Shown here: positions 24,195-37,335 of the stretch, one piece after another | Position numbering within the stretch: the stretch's first letter is position 1 | Layout of the letters: every line of letters begins with the position of its first letter | Assembly (NCBI RefSeq): GCF_001194135.2 | Contig: NC_069005.1 | Coordinates: 35,224,021 to 35,288,020, forward strand | Reading direction: 5' to 3' | Length of the DNA: 64,000 nucleotides | Origin: Octopus bimaculoides | Taxonomy: Eukaryota | Notes under the pieces: model-generated | What the model saw: the letters and a program-made list of their open reading frames with translations, nothing else | What the model was told of the DNA's origin: nothing | Database searches by the model: none | Made by a program: the position numbers and the translations under genes

Positions 24195-26486
24195 TCAATT
24201 TATATGCTCCATAATCCAGTCAGAATGGAAAGCAATACTGCTGAACACATTGATATCACTGTAGCAATCAACTCCAAATGATGTTATTCCAGCAAAAATC
24301 ATGACCCCATTGGCATCTGGACAATAAAGAGGCCCACCAGAATCGCCCTAGAAAAATCAAATGAAGGAATTAAATCATCACATCATCATTTTCACCACCA
24401 GCACTAATATCCTAAATATTTAATTAAATATAACTATTATTATCTAATTAAATATATCTATTAATATATATAATTAACACACTTAAAGAAATTGAAGTTG
24501 ATGAGCCAGCTTCAGCATGACTGAGCAGTTCGAAAGGTTTGCAACTGTGTGATTGGGGTTTGGCCGTCTCTGAGCACGGCACTTTAGGTGAATGTCTTCT
24601 CCCATAGCCTCAGACTGACCAAAATCTTGTGAGTGGAGTTCGATGAACAGAAACTATGTGGAAGCCTTTTGTAGAAACCATCCCTGTTGAAGGGACCATT
24701 CCTGTCAGAGAGACAAGCAGATTCAAGACCAAAAGTCTTCCATCCATGACAATCCTGCACCACCCAGAACCACAGATAAGATGGATTTGAGATAGCTTTC
24801 TTTACTAGTTTTAGGGATTCAGCAACCATGTTAAGTCTCCCTTGCTATGCCTAACCCTTGTTTCTTTTACTGATGTCTAAAGTCAACCCCACCAGTCTAA
24901 GAGGTTGTGATCATGTCCCTCCCATCTGGCCGAATCACAAACAAATGTTTAAAAATTAATTATTAAATGGAAAACTAATTAATATAGAGTCTTACATAAC
25001 ATGTATGAGCTCCACCTGGTTTAAAATCCCCAGCACATATAAAACCAGGTAAGATGATCAACTGTGATTTATTTAAACAGGTCTCAAAAGAGATGCTGGT
25101 CAGTTTCGTTTTGAGAAGAATCTTTGATGCCAGCCCATTTGCTGAAAAATAAATCCAAGAACAGTGAATAAAATGTCTGAAATAAAATGAAATCCCCCCA
25201 CCTTTACTGAACCAGAAGTCTTTCAATAGAATGTACCCTTAAACAAGGTTTGTTGCAGTATGTCATTACACATCCATAACAAAAACTCTATCAGGGCAAT
25301 CCTAGTTAAGGTGGGTTCAAATACAGCAGCAACCAACTTTCTGCAGTTGATAGTTTCACATCAAAACTTAGACTTCACAAAGCTTCTGTGATATAAAGGG
25401 TTCCTGGGCCAAGTTTCATGAGTTTCTATGTCTCCTTTTTGTCAAGAGCAGCTTGATGTATTAGTGAACAGTCAATGGCTGTAGTTGAGAAAAAGTTAGC
25501 TGACATAGAAGACTGGAAGCCATCGGAATATTGGGAAGGGTTATCATGAGGATTTATGCAGGGCATCAAAATACCAACATCATGGCTGCTGCTCGATGCT
25601 TTGTTGGCACTGTAATGGCTGTAAAATGTGACAGGGGCAACTGCAATGGAGACTGTGAGGCCATGGCCGGGAGGAAGGGATACAGTAGGCAATGATACAT
25701 CCCCACATCCTTGGACAGGGCCTTAAACAAAGCTGCTGAAGATTGTGCTTGATCCTTGGTTGGACAGGGTTGCTGCTTGAAGGGCCTATAAATACCAGCA
25801 GGATTCAGCTCCCTGCCATACCTCCAGCAAGAATCAGAAATGGTTCTCAGAGAATTCCTATGTGTTCCCCTACCCCAATTTTTGACCTCCTAATTCCCCA
25901 CTTGTAATCCCATAGATTACTGTGTGGGGCACAGTTCAGAAAGGCACTAACCATTCTATTTGCAACACCAAGTCTGAGCAGGTAGCAAAAATCAAGGTGT
26001 TCAAAGGTCTTCCCAGAGACACACTTAAGAATGCATGTGCTAGGTTCTGGAGTCATCTTGAGGATGTGGTGGAAGTTGATGTCAACTACTCTGAGTAAAT
26101 GGTAATCCTCCAGCCATAATCCAGTTGATATCTTTTAATTTTTAAAATACTTTTATTTTTGGATGGGATATTGTATTATTTTTCCTTTAATGCAAACTGT
26201 CAAACACCCTGTATTTTTTTTTTCAGCTGGATACCATTCACAATATAAATGAATATTTTATTCATTGTTTCCCATATTTCAGAGGAGACAAATCTCATCT
26301 AAGCCTGCAGCTGGTTTTGAGTACACATTATTGATGAGGCCCAATGACACTAAAATGTATCTGGTGTTCGCAATTTTTCTCTCTCCAAAATATATTTTGT
26401 GTTTTTAAGCCCAGATGTCCATAAGACATATTGCCTGCCGATGAATACCACCATAAGTTGCCTTTTAATGAAGCATTTGTGTTAAG

Positions 26487-26524
<38 letters not shown>

Positions 26525-26533
26525 GCCTATCAC

Positions 26534-26564
<31 letters not shown>

Positions 26565-29355
26565 CTTATATAGTTACATACATTTTGTTCTTCCCCAACC
26601 AATGGTCTCACACGTCTTGTTGTCAAATGTTGCACTTTTCTTGGCAATTTTTGCTGCTTTAACACATTTCGTGAAGTTTATAGGCTGCTGCAAGATGATA
26701 ATGGCAATATCATTAACTATAAAAGAAACAATGAAATTAGATTAATTATTGATAACCTTTTGGGTTGTTTTTCATTTTTATTCTGTATAAGGATAATGTT
26801 CTGTGGTGAAGGAAATTACTATGTTAACGCCAGTGTATTCTTTGTAAATATTTTATTAATTCCTAAAAATAAATGGAGTATTGCCCCAGGATGACAGTAA
26901 AAACAGAGAAAGAATTTCTTAAAAGTAGGTAAAATAATGAATTCCCTCCATGAATCTACTATTCTAACAGGAGAAGGAGGAGGAGGACAGCAACAGCGAC
27001 AATAACTTTCATGTTTGTCTCATTGATACATAGTGAGAGGGTTTATTTGGGCTAACTTATAGGTTAATCAAGGTTAATTCTGAGCAAACAGAGATAAAAT
27101 TAAGCAAAGATTGTTGTTGCTGTTGTTGTTGTTGTAATGTGTTGCAAAATTTGGTTCATCTTGACAAAATTGTACTAAGCACTTACAGATGAAAGTATTA
27201 GTTCTTGTGTAATTCTCATGAACAATGAATGAGGTTGTGTTTAAAGATTCAACTTCTGTTTCTTCTTCACCCACAGAACCAATACTGATCTTGATGCTGG
27301 GGTCACCATCTTCTCTACAAAACAGAGTTTCAAATGTCTGTTATCATACTTTTATATTGTTGAGTATCAATCACTCCTGTCACACAGTGTCAATCACATC
27401 TATCAAATAGTAGCAGTCACATCTATTATATTGTATCATTAACATCAGTCAAATAACATCAATCACACACCATATAGTCCTGTCACATCTGTCTTTGGTC
27501 TTTTGATGCAGCTGTGTGGTCAAGAAGTTTGCTTCATGACTACATAGTTTCAGGTTCAATTTCACGGAGTGGTGCCTTGATCCTAATCTCAGATCCACCA
27601 AATCATTTTGAGTGAAGTTTGGTAGACGGAAACTATGTGAGAGAAACCTTTCTTCTCCTTAAGAGTCAACCTATTAATTGGTCTGGCAACTCTGACTCAT
27701 CACCCTCAAATGCCTTTAATGAGTCCACTTTGTAGTTTAGGCAAAATCATCAATTTAAGGATAACTACCCCTCCTCTCCTGCCACCAGTTTTAGAGACCC
27801 TGAAAAAGGTTGTGGAGCAGGTTATCCTTCCTCCTCAGTCAGGTTACGTCATGTTAAGGAAATTATCAGTCACATTTGTCATATCAGTTATATCTGTCAT
27901 GCAGTGTCAGTCATTTGTTGTACTGTATCAATCATGCAGTTGCAGCACTCTTCCAAATAAGGAAGCAGTATTCCGGTGTAGATCTATAATGTCTGAATGT
28001 GAAGAAACATTGTCCTAGATTTGATCTTTGCTCTGTAAAACACCAAACCTGACAGCAAGTCAGTTGTCAACTCCATCAGTCTCTGATAAACTCAGGGTTC
28101 AGTGTTAAGACATAGAATGATCACAAGTGGTCAATATATATATGTGGATCAGTTCATTTGGGGCCAGCACACTAATGCCTTCATCTTTGGTTACCATAAT
28201 TTGTATATAAAGAGATTGCAATACTTACAGACAATGAGCTGCTGTCAGGAGATGGGTGGAATCAATAATGGTGGCAGCACACCGGCTGCTGTTTTCCCCC
28301 TCAGCTGATTGATCAGTAATCAATAAATGAACAACTGAAGGGAACTCACACTGTCTGGCTGCAAAACCATTCACAATTTGTAGATTGGGGGCTGTAAATA
28401 AACACAGCTAAAGTTTTTTTTACAGTTGGTGCAGTAGGGAGGGTTGTGTGTAGAGATATTTGTGAAGGTATATGTGGCTATGTGTGTATATACAAGTTGG
28501 AAATATATGCAGGAACTTAGTCTGTTCTCTGTGGTGGCCACATTGAGATTTCAAGGATTCCTCCTGTAATGCCTTTAGTTGCTACTTTAGTGAGACCTCA
28601 TCCATTCAACTGATGATGTGAAACGGCTGGGAAAGTTCAGCTTTTTTAAAGCAGACATTTCTTCAAATATTATTTACTCTTTCTCTTACTTTTTATACCT
28701 CTCTCAATTATGATTATAATTTTGAAAAGTACGACCTCCGGTAATGCATGTTTATTATTGTGGTGTGTCAGTATGTATATGTGCTATCCCACTAGTTCTT
28801 ATTTTCATATTAAATTCCAATATAATCATCATCTACACACTCTGGAAGGTATTTGTCAAAATTTTCATTTAAAATGCCAGTTTTCTCAAAAGTTGAGGAA
28901 ACAAAGCCAGCTTGTGTGAATTTTTTTGAAACTAGCTCAAATCCCAATATAATTAGAATCTACACCATCTGATGAGTATTTGTAGAAAATTTCATTAAAA
29001 AAATATCTATTTTTCTGGAAATTATGAGTAAATAAAGTCAGTGAGGCACATTTGTATATATATATGCCCATTGCTTTAACATAAGTAATACTAACATTAC
29101 ATTGCTATTACATATCTACATATCAGCTTACTTCGCTCCACCTTCATTTTGTATATAACAATTTTCAATTATATAACTGCATGTTATATATAAACAAAGA
29201 ATATATTTCTTTCATTCAGAATGCATCAAATGGGTGAAAATTATGTGAATGAAATGGGCTCAATTTTCACAACACACAAACATAAATAGGATAATGATAT
29301 TTACAATGATATTGTGTTTAGTAACGAATACTAACTGTATTAAAAATGCATCGTA

Positions 29356-29399
<44 letters not shown>

Positions 29400-29652
29400 C
29401 TTAAAATTTATCAGTAGTATGTAGGTAGTAATTTTTCATTGTTTTATAAACACGTGTTCTTTTAACATAATTGCATTTAATCTTGTAGCTCTACTTTGTT
29501 TCCCCTTTTGCTGATGTTTCCACCTAAGTGAGATCACATTATAAAATGGTGCAAATGTAATAAGAAACTACTGTAGATGTAAAAGTTAGATTACCTGTAG
29601 AGACATCAATGATGAGCAGAGAAGCTGCGAAGAGGAATAACACGGTTAGCAT
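24195..29652 (-). CDS. Secreted S1A serine protease C, 260 aa, complete; divergent paralog with His189
   Basis: Exons (minus) 29595-29652 MLTVLFLFAASLLIIDVST; 28229-28391 APNLQ-IVNG...TAAHC; 27187-27314; 26582-26716 NDIAII...GWG; 24996-25141 ...ICAGDFKPGGAHTCY; 24195-24347 GDSGGP...EHIN*. Total 783 nt; intron phases identical to A and B. Confidence 0.93.
25690..26213 (+). mobile_element. Tc1/mariner transposase 3' relic with right end, in intron 4 of protease C
   Basis: YQQDSAPCHTS...PPNSPL.NPIDYCVWG...KNACARFWSHLEDVVE (DDE second half); ends in ...caaacaccctgTA. Confidence 0.8.
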
Positions 29653-32500
29653 ACTAGAGGAGAGAAACTGGTCACCTTAAAATGACATTAAGAGGTTATC
29701 AACTGAGGCACAATCATGTGGTCAGATATGATGCTTTCTCTCTCTCTTTCTTTATGCGTATACCTGTCTGTCTGTCTCTCCTCACCCTCACCCATCTTGC
29801 CACTTACATATTTATATCTCTTTCTCTCTCCCATTCTCCTAATTTCTAAATTTGATCTGCTTTCCTCTCCCCACCTCCCACTTCAATTCACTCCTAATTC
29901 TCCACCCTCTCTCTCTATATATAACCATCTCACTCTGGTTCTTGACATGTGTAGATGGCCAGGTGAGTGTGTGTGTGTGTGTATATATATATCTATATAT
30001 ATATATCTTGTGTTTATAAATGTCTACATGACAGGTATGAAAACATTCACCTCTCCTGCTCTCACCCAATGTCTAAACATTATATTCACCAAAACTGTCA
30101 ACATGACAAACATGGCAAGTTGACACCATAGCCTCTGTGTATGTGAATGTGTGAGGGGTTCCTGCAGCTGGGAAGTCATTTTTCTATGGTCTAGCTCAAC
30201 CGATGTGCCCACCCCAACCCCCAGGCCTACCATAGATAAGGGATTTTGTAGAGGGAATCAGACCTACCAGTTCCCAGAAGCAGAGACAACTGTAGAAAGA
30301 GGAGACTGAATGTCCAATCCTTGTTAGCATGGAAAAATAGATGTCAAATGATGATAATGCTGTAAACCAAAAAAAGTGTAGAGATAACACATCCAGCATT
30401 ACCCAAGTGTCAAATATGTAGAAATAGTTTTTGTTTTTTTCTGGTTAAACAAAACAATTGAATATATAACAAATCATTTATATTTACTTATTTCAAACAT
30501 AAATTCCTGATATTACCCCCAAAATGGCAAAAAGATACTTCCAAAGTTATCCATCATAAGATGGATAACACTTTAGTATAATAATAATAATGTTTGAATG
30601 TGTACATTTTCATTTTATTCTGCTTTTGTACATATAGAAAATGAGAGAAGTGTATAAAATAAATAAACAGGTAAAAAAAGACATTATAATTCAATCTTTA
30701 TTTCACCAATTAACGAAAATATATTTTCCGTTTTACAGTTATACACACTCACACACTTACACACAATAGTATTTACACGCATTATGTACAAATGGGAAAA
30801 TAATTCTTTCCCCATGCTCAGCAAAGACTGAGACTTTGAGAGAGAAAACAAACGAAAGTTGTCAAGTAGATTCCATTCTGTAAGAGTATTTAGTGTTGAA
30901 GAGAGGCAAAATTAGCTGAGTAGATGAGGTACTAGATTGTCAATTCATAGGTTATGAGTTCAAATCCACAGGAAGACATTTCAATTGTCATTGCACCTTA
31001 ATAGTAGTAGAGAAAGTCACTTGCAGTGTTTACTAGCTTCCTAGCCAAGAGATGGTTTAACAAATTAAGGAAAGAGATTAAGTACCAGCTCTATGGAACA
31101 TTGCCTGTTTCTAAAATGATAAATGGATCAGTCAGCAATTGAGTTTACTACCACATAGATCCAGATGTATCGCTATTTACTCTCTATCTTCTGTAGACAG
31201 TTTCAGATGACACAACCAGGCATCAGTTGGCTAAATCAAGGGATCAACATACTGTATTCATGGTGGACCAATTTACTAGACTCTAAATAAGCACCATGAG
31301 TAAGTAGAATCCAATGTTGTAAACGTGTGGTATGGAAGCTGAATAAATGATGTTTTATTAATTTGTAGTCCACTATTTATTAGTTTAAATAAAGCAACAA
31401 GACACCAGCTCTACGAATTTAGTGCTACATGGACACTGCATAAGAAGACACCAGCTCTACGAATTTAGTGCTACATGGACTGAACATCAAAATACACTAA
31501 AATTCACTGACTTTCTCCAATTATAAAATCACACCACTAAAGTATTGCATCTAGTGAACATTCTACTTATAAAACTGACAGTCACATTAAATAATTCCCC
31601 AAGACTTTCCTTCAACTGTAGCAAGATCTAATACAGTACAAATTGTTGGCTTTTGTTATTTTGGCTGGGATACAATGATGCTGCAATTGAAAAGTGTTAA
31701 GCATCTTAGTTAATTTTGAAACAGCATCAAATATTTGTAACCCACATAAAACTAGAATATCTCTTGTAAATATCTCAGTTTGTTGTTTGAAGTGTAAATC
31801 CATACCTCGGTGACTCTACTCTAAAATAAACTTGCTCAAGAACATCAAGTTACAATCCACTCACATAAAGGATTCTCAATCAACAGTCAGTAATGCTTTA
31901 TATGTATATAACTGGTGCTTATTTGGTTGGTCTCTGTCCTCAGCTAAGAACAATAAGGTACCCAACATGGTTACTAATTCTCTGGTAATGAGATTTAAAG
32001 AATGGTTAAGAATCTAATTGCTCCAATTATGTTTGTAAAGAAAACCAATTTGAAGAACAGATCCAAGATAACAAATTAATAGTTCAGATCCTCTAATCTT
32101 TGTAAAAATTCCTGTCATTACATGTTTGATGTTGCGATGAGAATTATCTGTGGTGAATGAAAGAGGGAGGAAATTTATGTACAACTCTGTTGGATGTGCC
32201 CCTCAGCATGGGAGCGAGGTGGGTTGCAACAAATTTGATTTGAACCTTCTTTACTGAGGAAGGATGACAGACAAGGTGGACATGAGCATGATGATGATGA
32301 TGAGGAGGAGGAGGAGGAGTTCTTACACAAATTCACAGGGAAAGAGATAAACAGTTGAATCACCCCAAAGCTGATACTTGTCAAAGATAAGATTGCGGTA
32401 CAGGAGAAGGACTGATAGATTTCTGTGCCAAAGTTTAGGGGAAAATAAAAGCTTTTCAGTTGTTTTTAAGCAGAAAATGGGAAGTTGAGCTGTGAGGAAT

Positions 32501-35500
32501 TTAAGGAGTTCGTCTCTTAAAGCGAGGAGATTGTCGTCGATGCATTTGTTGATTCTGTAGACAATGGCTAACTGATCGAGTCATCTTCGAAGGTACTGGT
32601 GAATCATCTGTTTGAAATATTAGCTGGTGAGTTTTACTCTTTTTCACTTCCTTCACAATGGTCTTTACTGTCTCCAGATTCTCTAATCGACCACAATCTT
32701 TCACTGTCGTCTAAAATAGAAAAAGATTTAAGCAGACAGGATAAAGATAAAAAAAACATTTATTTCTATAGAATATACAAGAGAACAGTAGAGACATTGA
32801 CTGGGATTACAGAGAGATATCACTGAGTGTTGAATAGATTATACTTCTGAGAAATTCTGCACTTATTTTGATAAAATAAGGCAGGTAGAATTAAATGTCA
32901 AGTTCAGAGGAAGCAAACATGATGTCTGTAGCAGATGTAAACACAATAACCAAACATCCAAATGAATCTCTAGTTTGTGCTGTCAGATATTTTCAGTATT
33001 TCTTCCCCCTCCTCCTCCTCCATTTCATTGAATATTTTAAGTGAACACCCCCTCCTCTAACCTTACCCTATTAATGCCTGCAACCAGTGCATTTAGGTTT
33101 CATTTGTTCTTTTCGTGTCATTATTAGAACTGATATAATATATATCATCATCATTGTTTAACATCTGCATTTCATGCTGGCATGGGTAGAACATATACAT
33201 ACACAAAGTACCAGTTAAATACTAAGAGCCTTTCCTTGATAGAGAAAGGCAGATTGTATAATGCTTGTGTATGTACAGCTATGTTACATGGCAGTGAAAC
33301 TACAGTAACGTTGGGCTTTGAAAAGTTGGAGGTGGTATTAGATGAGTTGCGTAAACAAAAAACAATTTATTGTTGATGTAATTTTGTTAAAAAATGCAAA
33401 AATGTCTGAATTTGATGTCATTTACAATGTGATATTCAGTTGCAGCCCTTACCTTGACATAACAGAGTTTGTTAGAACAGTCAGCCTGGTCAGAGTGACA
33501 TAGTTAAGGAGGGAGAAAGAAAGAAACTCGCTAACTTACCTTAGATAGTGAAGATAACAACTTTAAAGATTTGGATAAACTTTCAGACTCTTCAGGGGAA
33601 TGAAAAGACACAGGTGGTGTTGGTACAGCTGGTTTTGGGGGAATTCGAACCTGAACTGAATTCTGCAGAAAATCAGAAAAAAAGTCCTTGCTAAGCTAAA
33701 ATTATTTTTAGAATTTTATCTTTATTTTATGCCCAAGGATGGCAATGGGTTCTACACTGCCCAGATTTTGTAAATAAAATAATTCCCAGACAAGAGACGA
33801 TTGTTGTGACATCTGTGGGCAGAAGTGGGCTTCCAGCTTTGGACTGCAGAGCCACATGCATTCTCATCAGAGAACACAGAATTTGTTGTCATTGGACACT
33901 GTTGGAAGACCTATCAATGTCAGAAGTAATCAACAAGATGAAGGAGAAAGACAAAGAACTGAAGCTTAAGTCATTTCTATCAGATGTTTAGAGAGGCCAG
34001 GTTACAGTGTGAGAGCGTTTTATGAACAGGACACATTGTGTTCAAAGGAGGATGGGAGTAAAATTGTGTTCAATGGAACAAACACTAAGGCTTAAGATTG
34101 TGTTAAGGGAGGTAACACAACTCAATTTCACAAATTTCTGTAAACAAAAGACTGTTTTTGTCATCTTAAATGATTTCTGATAAAGAAACCTTAATTTTAG
34201 GCAAGGTTTTGTGAATGAAACCAACTTCAGTAGTTTATTTCATCGACTGCTGAAAGACTGAAAGGAAAAGTTGACCATAGCAAGATTTGAGTTCACAAAT
34301 GTAAAGGGGAAAACATAAGAAACAGCCCAAAGTATTTCTTCTTCTGTTTCAACAGTTCTGCCAGCTTCCAGTTTTTTTGTCATTCAAAATTATTATCCTT
34401 ATTTTTTTTAAAGTAAATAAAAACACCAGAGAAATATACTTACAAGATAACCAAGTTCTAGTTTTGTATAGGTTTTCAAGTTCCTGACACACAATTTGGG
34501 GAACTCCTTTCGTTTCTGGGCTATATTAAGGATTGCATCATCAAGTTGTATTGTTAATGCCTCACTTGTTGATTTCTTCTTTTCTAAGTTCATGTCACTA
34601 GAATCTGGAAGCGCAATTGAAAACGGGTGGTCATCATGGCATATAAATAGTTTGAGAAAAGAACACATTCTAGCAAAAATCCTTGCACCTTACAGACTGT
34701 GAATGTTTCATATTTCAGTGGTGCCTTACTGCAAACAGCAAGTAGAATATAAGACAATAATGTGCTAATGCTTTAGATGGTAGTGGTGAACTTGTGTTAA
34801 TTCTTAATTAGGGCCATAATTAAGATATGTCAGTTATTGATTTCTTAGATACGAGGTCTCAATTTTGGAGAAGGGTAGAGTCAGCATCAACCCTTCCTTC
34901 CCTCTACTACTTGACTGGAACTTTATCAGTTCCCCACAGAAAGGTGACGTAAGCTTTGGTTTAATTTAAAACCAGAAGGGATTACAAGTAAACAACACAA
35001 GGCAGCCACAGCCCTAACAATTCTACTTGTCCACTGGGATCAACAAATGGAATATTATGAGATTGTCATCAACACTATTGTTGCTTTAATTGCTAATGAC
35101 TTTACACACTCTGCACTAGACGAATTGCCATGAACGAGAGAAGAAGAGAAAGAAGAATGCCAAGAATGCCAAGGAATTCTTGGTCCACTGACACGTAGAA
35201 TGTTTGCACAATTGCTGAACGACTTACACTTTCATAGTGTAAGTCAGTTGAAAGACAGAGATATTGGCGTTAGGAAGGGCATCAAGCTGTAGAAACTCTG
35301 CCAAATTAGACTGGAGCCTGGTGTTGCCATCCGGTTTCACCAGTCCTCAGTCAAATCGTCCAACCCATGCTAGCATGGAAAGCGGACGTTAAACGATGAT
35401 GATGATGATGATGATCAGCCAAAATAAAGGACATTAAAAGAGACGATGCCAAAGATAGGAAAAGTCTATTAGAGATAATAATGAAAAGAAATTTACCTTT

Positions 35501-35582
35501 CTTTCCATCTTCTGTGATCTGTAAGTCTGGTTGTTCAACACGGACATTGGACATGAATATTTGTTTAAACACCTGTGTGGAT

Positions 35583-35624
<42 letters not shown>

Positions 35625-37335
35625 GTTTCAAATTTTGCCACAAGGGTCTGCAGATCCATGCATCACTATAACGGTCATCCAATTCTAAGTGAAATCGTAG
35701 TCATGGCCAATGCTGGTGTCACATAACTGGAGCCCATGCCAGCGACACCTGAAAAGCACCTTTTGAGTGTTGGGCCTCACGGAGGCAATGACGAATGACC
35801 GAGACCTTTGGCATTATGCTGTGCTTGAGAAGACCCATCGAGACAACTAAAATAGTAGTTGTGGAAGATATTGGTGTCACACACATTGTGACATGTAAAA
35901 GCACCCATTACACACTCGGATCGGTTAGGGTTAGGAAGGGCATCCAGCAGTAGAACCCATGCCAAATCAGACTGGAGTCTGGTGCAGCCTTCCAGCTTAC
36001 CAGCACTAGTCAAACCGTCTAACCCATGCCAGCATGGACAACGGATGTTAAATGATGATGATGGTCAATTTCGTCATCGTTAGGTCATCAATGAAGGCCG
36101 AAGTTGGTGTATCTATAGCAAATTGTCACAATGATATTGACCTTTAGCAATTATATTTTCTTCTACAGTAACCCTCTTCATAGAGAGGTAAAAAGAAAAA
36201 ACGACGTAACCAGATATCACCCTTCTACAAGCTTTCAACACTGAAATAATGTTACCATTTTAATGCCAGTGATATAACAGGTCAATCTAGCCCCCTACAA
36301 GTGGTCATTAATTCAACTAACTGCGACTTTTATGATTAAGCCTTTTAATTAAGAACTGGTCGTGGTCTATCAATAGAAGTTTGTTTACATTAATAAAATA
36401 ACTTTAACTTGCCTCGTCCTCCTTCTCTCTCACATACATCACTGTCTTCATTATTTGACAGACAAAATCCTTAGATGGCGAGAAATAAAAATCTTATCTG
36501 TTTGGTGGATACTGTGTCACATTGAAATGAGTAAATGACGTTTGTGGAAATTAGAGGGAAGAGAACAGAGAATGATACTAAGAGGACGAAATGACAACTA
36601 TCACCCGTCCTAACCAACTAAATACTAATTCCAATAAAAAAAAAAAGAATTTCGATATTCATAAATACAGACAGGTGGTGGTATATGCTGGTATATTACC
36701 GGAATTCAGTCAAGGGACGATTCTCCGATAACAATAAAACGGATAGAGACTTTCTATTAATTTCAAACTTTATAAACAATCTCCAACGAGAATCGAACTC
36801 ATGATCACTATGTAACTGCAGACACTTAGGTAATCATTTATTTCTTTGTTTAATGTCTTTAGTTTGTTGTAGAAATATTATTAAATAGTTTCAACAACTT
36901 ATTGTATATTTTATCAAATAAATAATTAATTATAAACCAAAAATAAAGTCGACATCTTTTGAAAGACACGAAATATTGGGATCACTCGATAATAGCGACT
37001 GCAATGTATTTGTGGTGTCAATAAATGTTAAACTGTATATATATACGTGGTATCAATAAATGAAATAAAATTAAAATTAAATCAAAATCAAATGAAAATA
37101 AAACATTTTGTCAAATAATTTTGACGGTTTCTGACGAATTTACCTCCGAGAATCGTTTTTGGCAGATTTGTTTCTCATCCCGTGTAAGACGTGATTGTTT
37201 ATTAAAGCCATTCGCTGCCTCTTCACACAACACATCACACATTTCTTGTAGCGATCGAACAGCATCGCAAGGAACCTTCTGCTTCGATTCGCCGTTCTTT
37301 GGATTCTTTTCTTCTTCTTTTGCCGCCGCCGACAT
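32501..37335 (-). CDS. NSL1: Kinetochore-associated protein NSL1 (Mis14), MIS12 complex subunit, ~253 aa
   Basis: Exons (minus) 37144-37335, 35497-35572, 34444-34604, 33540-33662, 32501-32710 are phase-consistent. KVPCDAVRSLQEM...FKQIFMSNVRVE and LTIQLDDAILNIAQKRKEFPK resemble human NSL1 RVRCTSKRAVTEM...FESAVQENISIN and LEDQFDEIIVDIATKRKQYPR (recalled, not aligned by software). Confidence 0.8.
35265..35415 (+). mobile_element. SINE/LINE-tail repeat, family 2, ending in (GAT)n (many copies, e.g. 35700-36062, 44560-44870, 46440-46660, 48050-48250, 54650-54860, 58020-58270, 60590-60820)
   Basis: Recurrent ...ttaggaagggcatccagctgtagaaac...aacccatgctagcatggaaagcggacgttaaacgatgatgat on both strands. 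Confidence 0.85.

Noticed and set aside
31399-31480. CRISPR-like 36-bp repeat
   Set aside because: Only two units, a 10-bp spacer, no cas genes, eukaryotic context.
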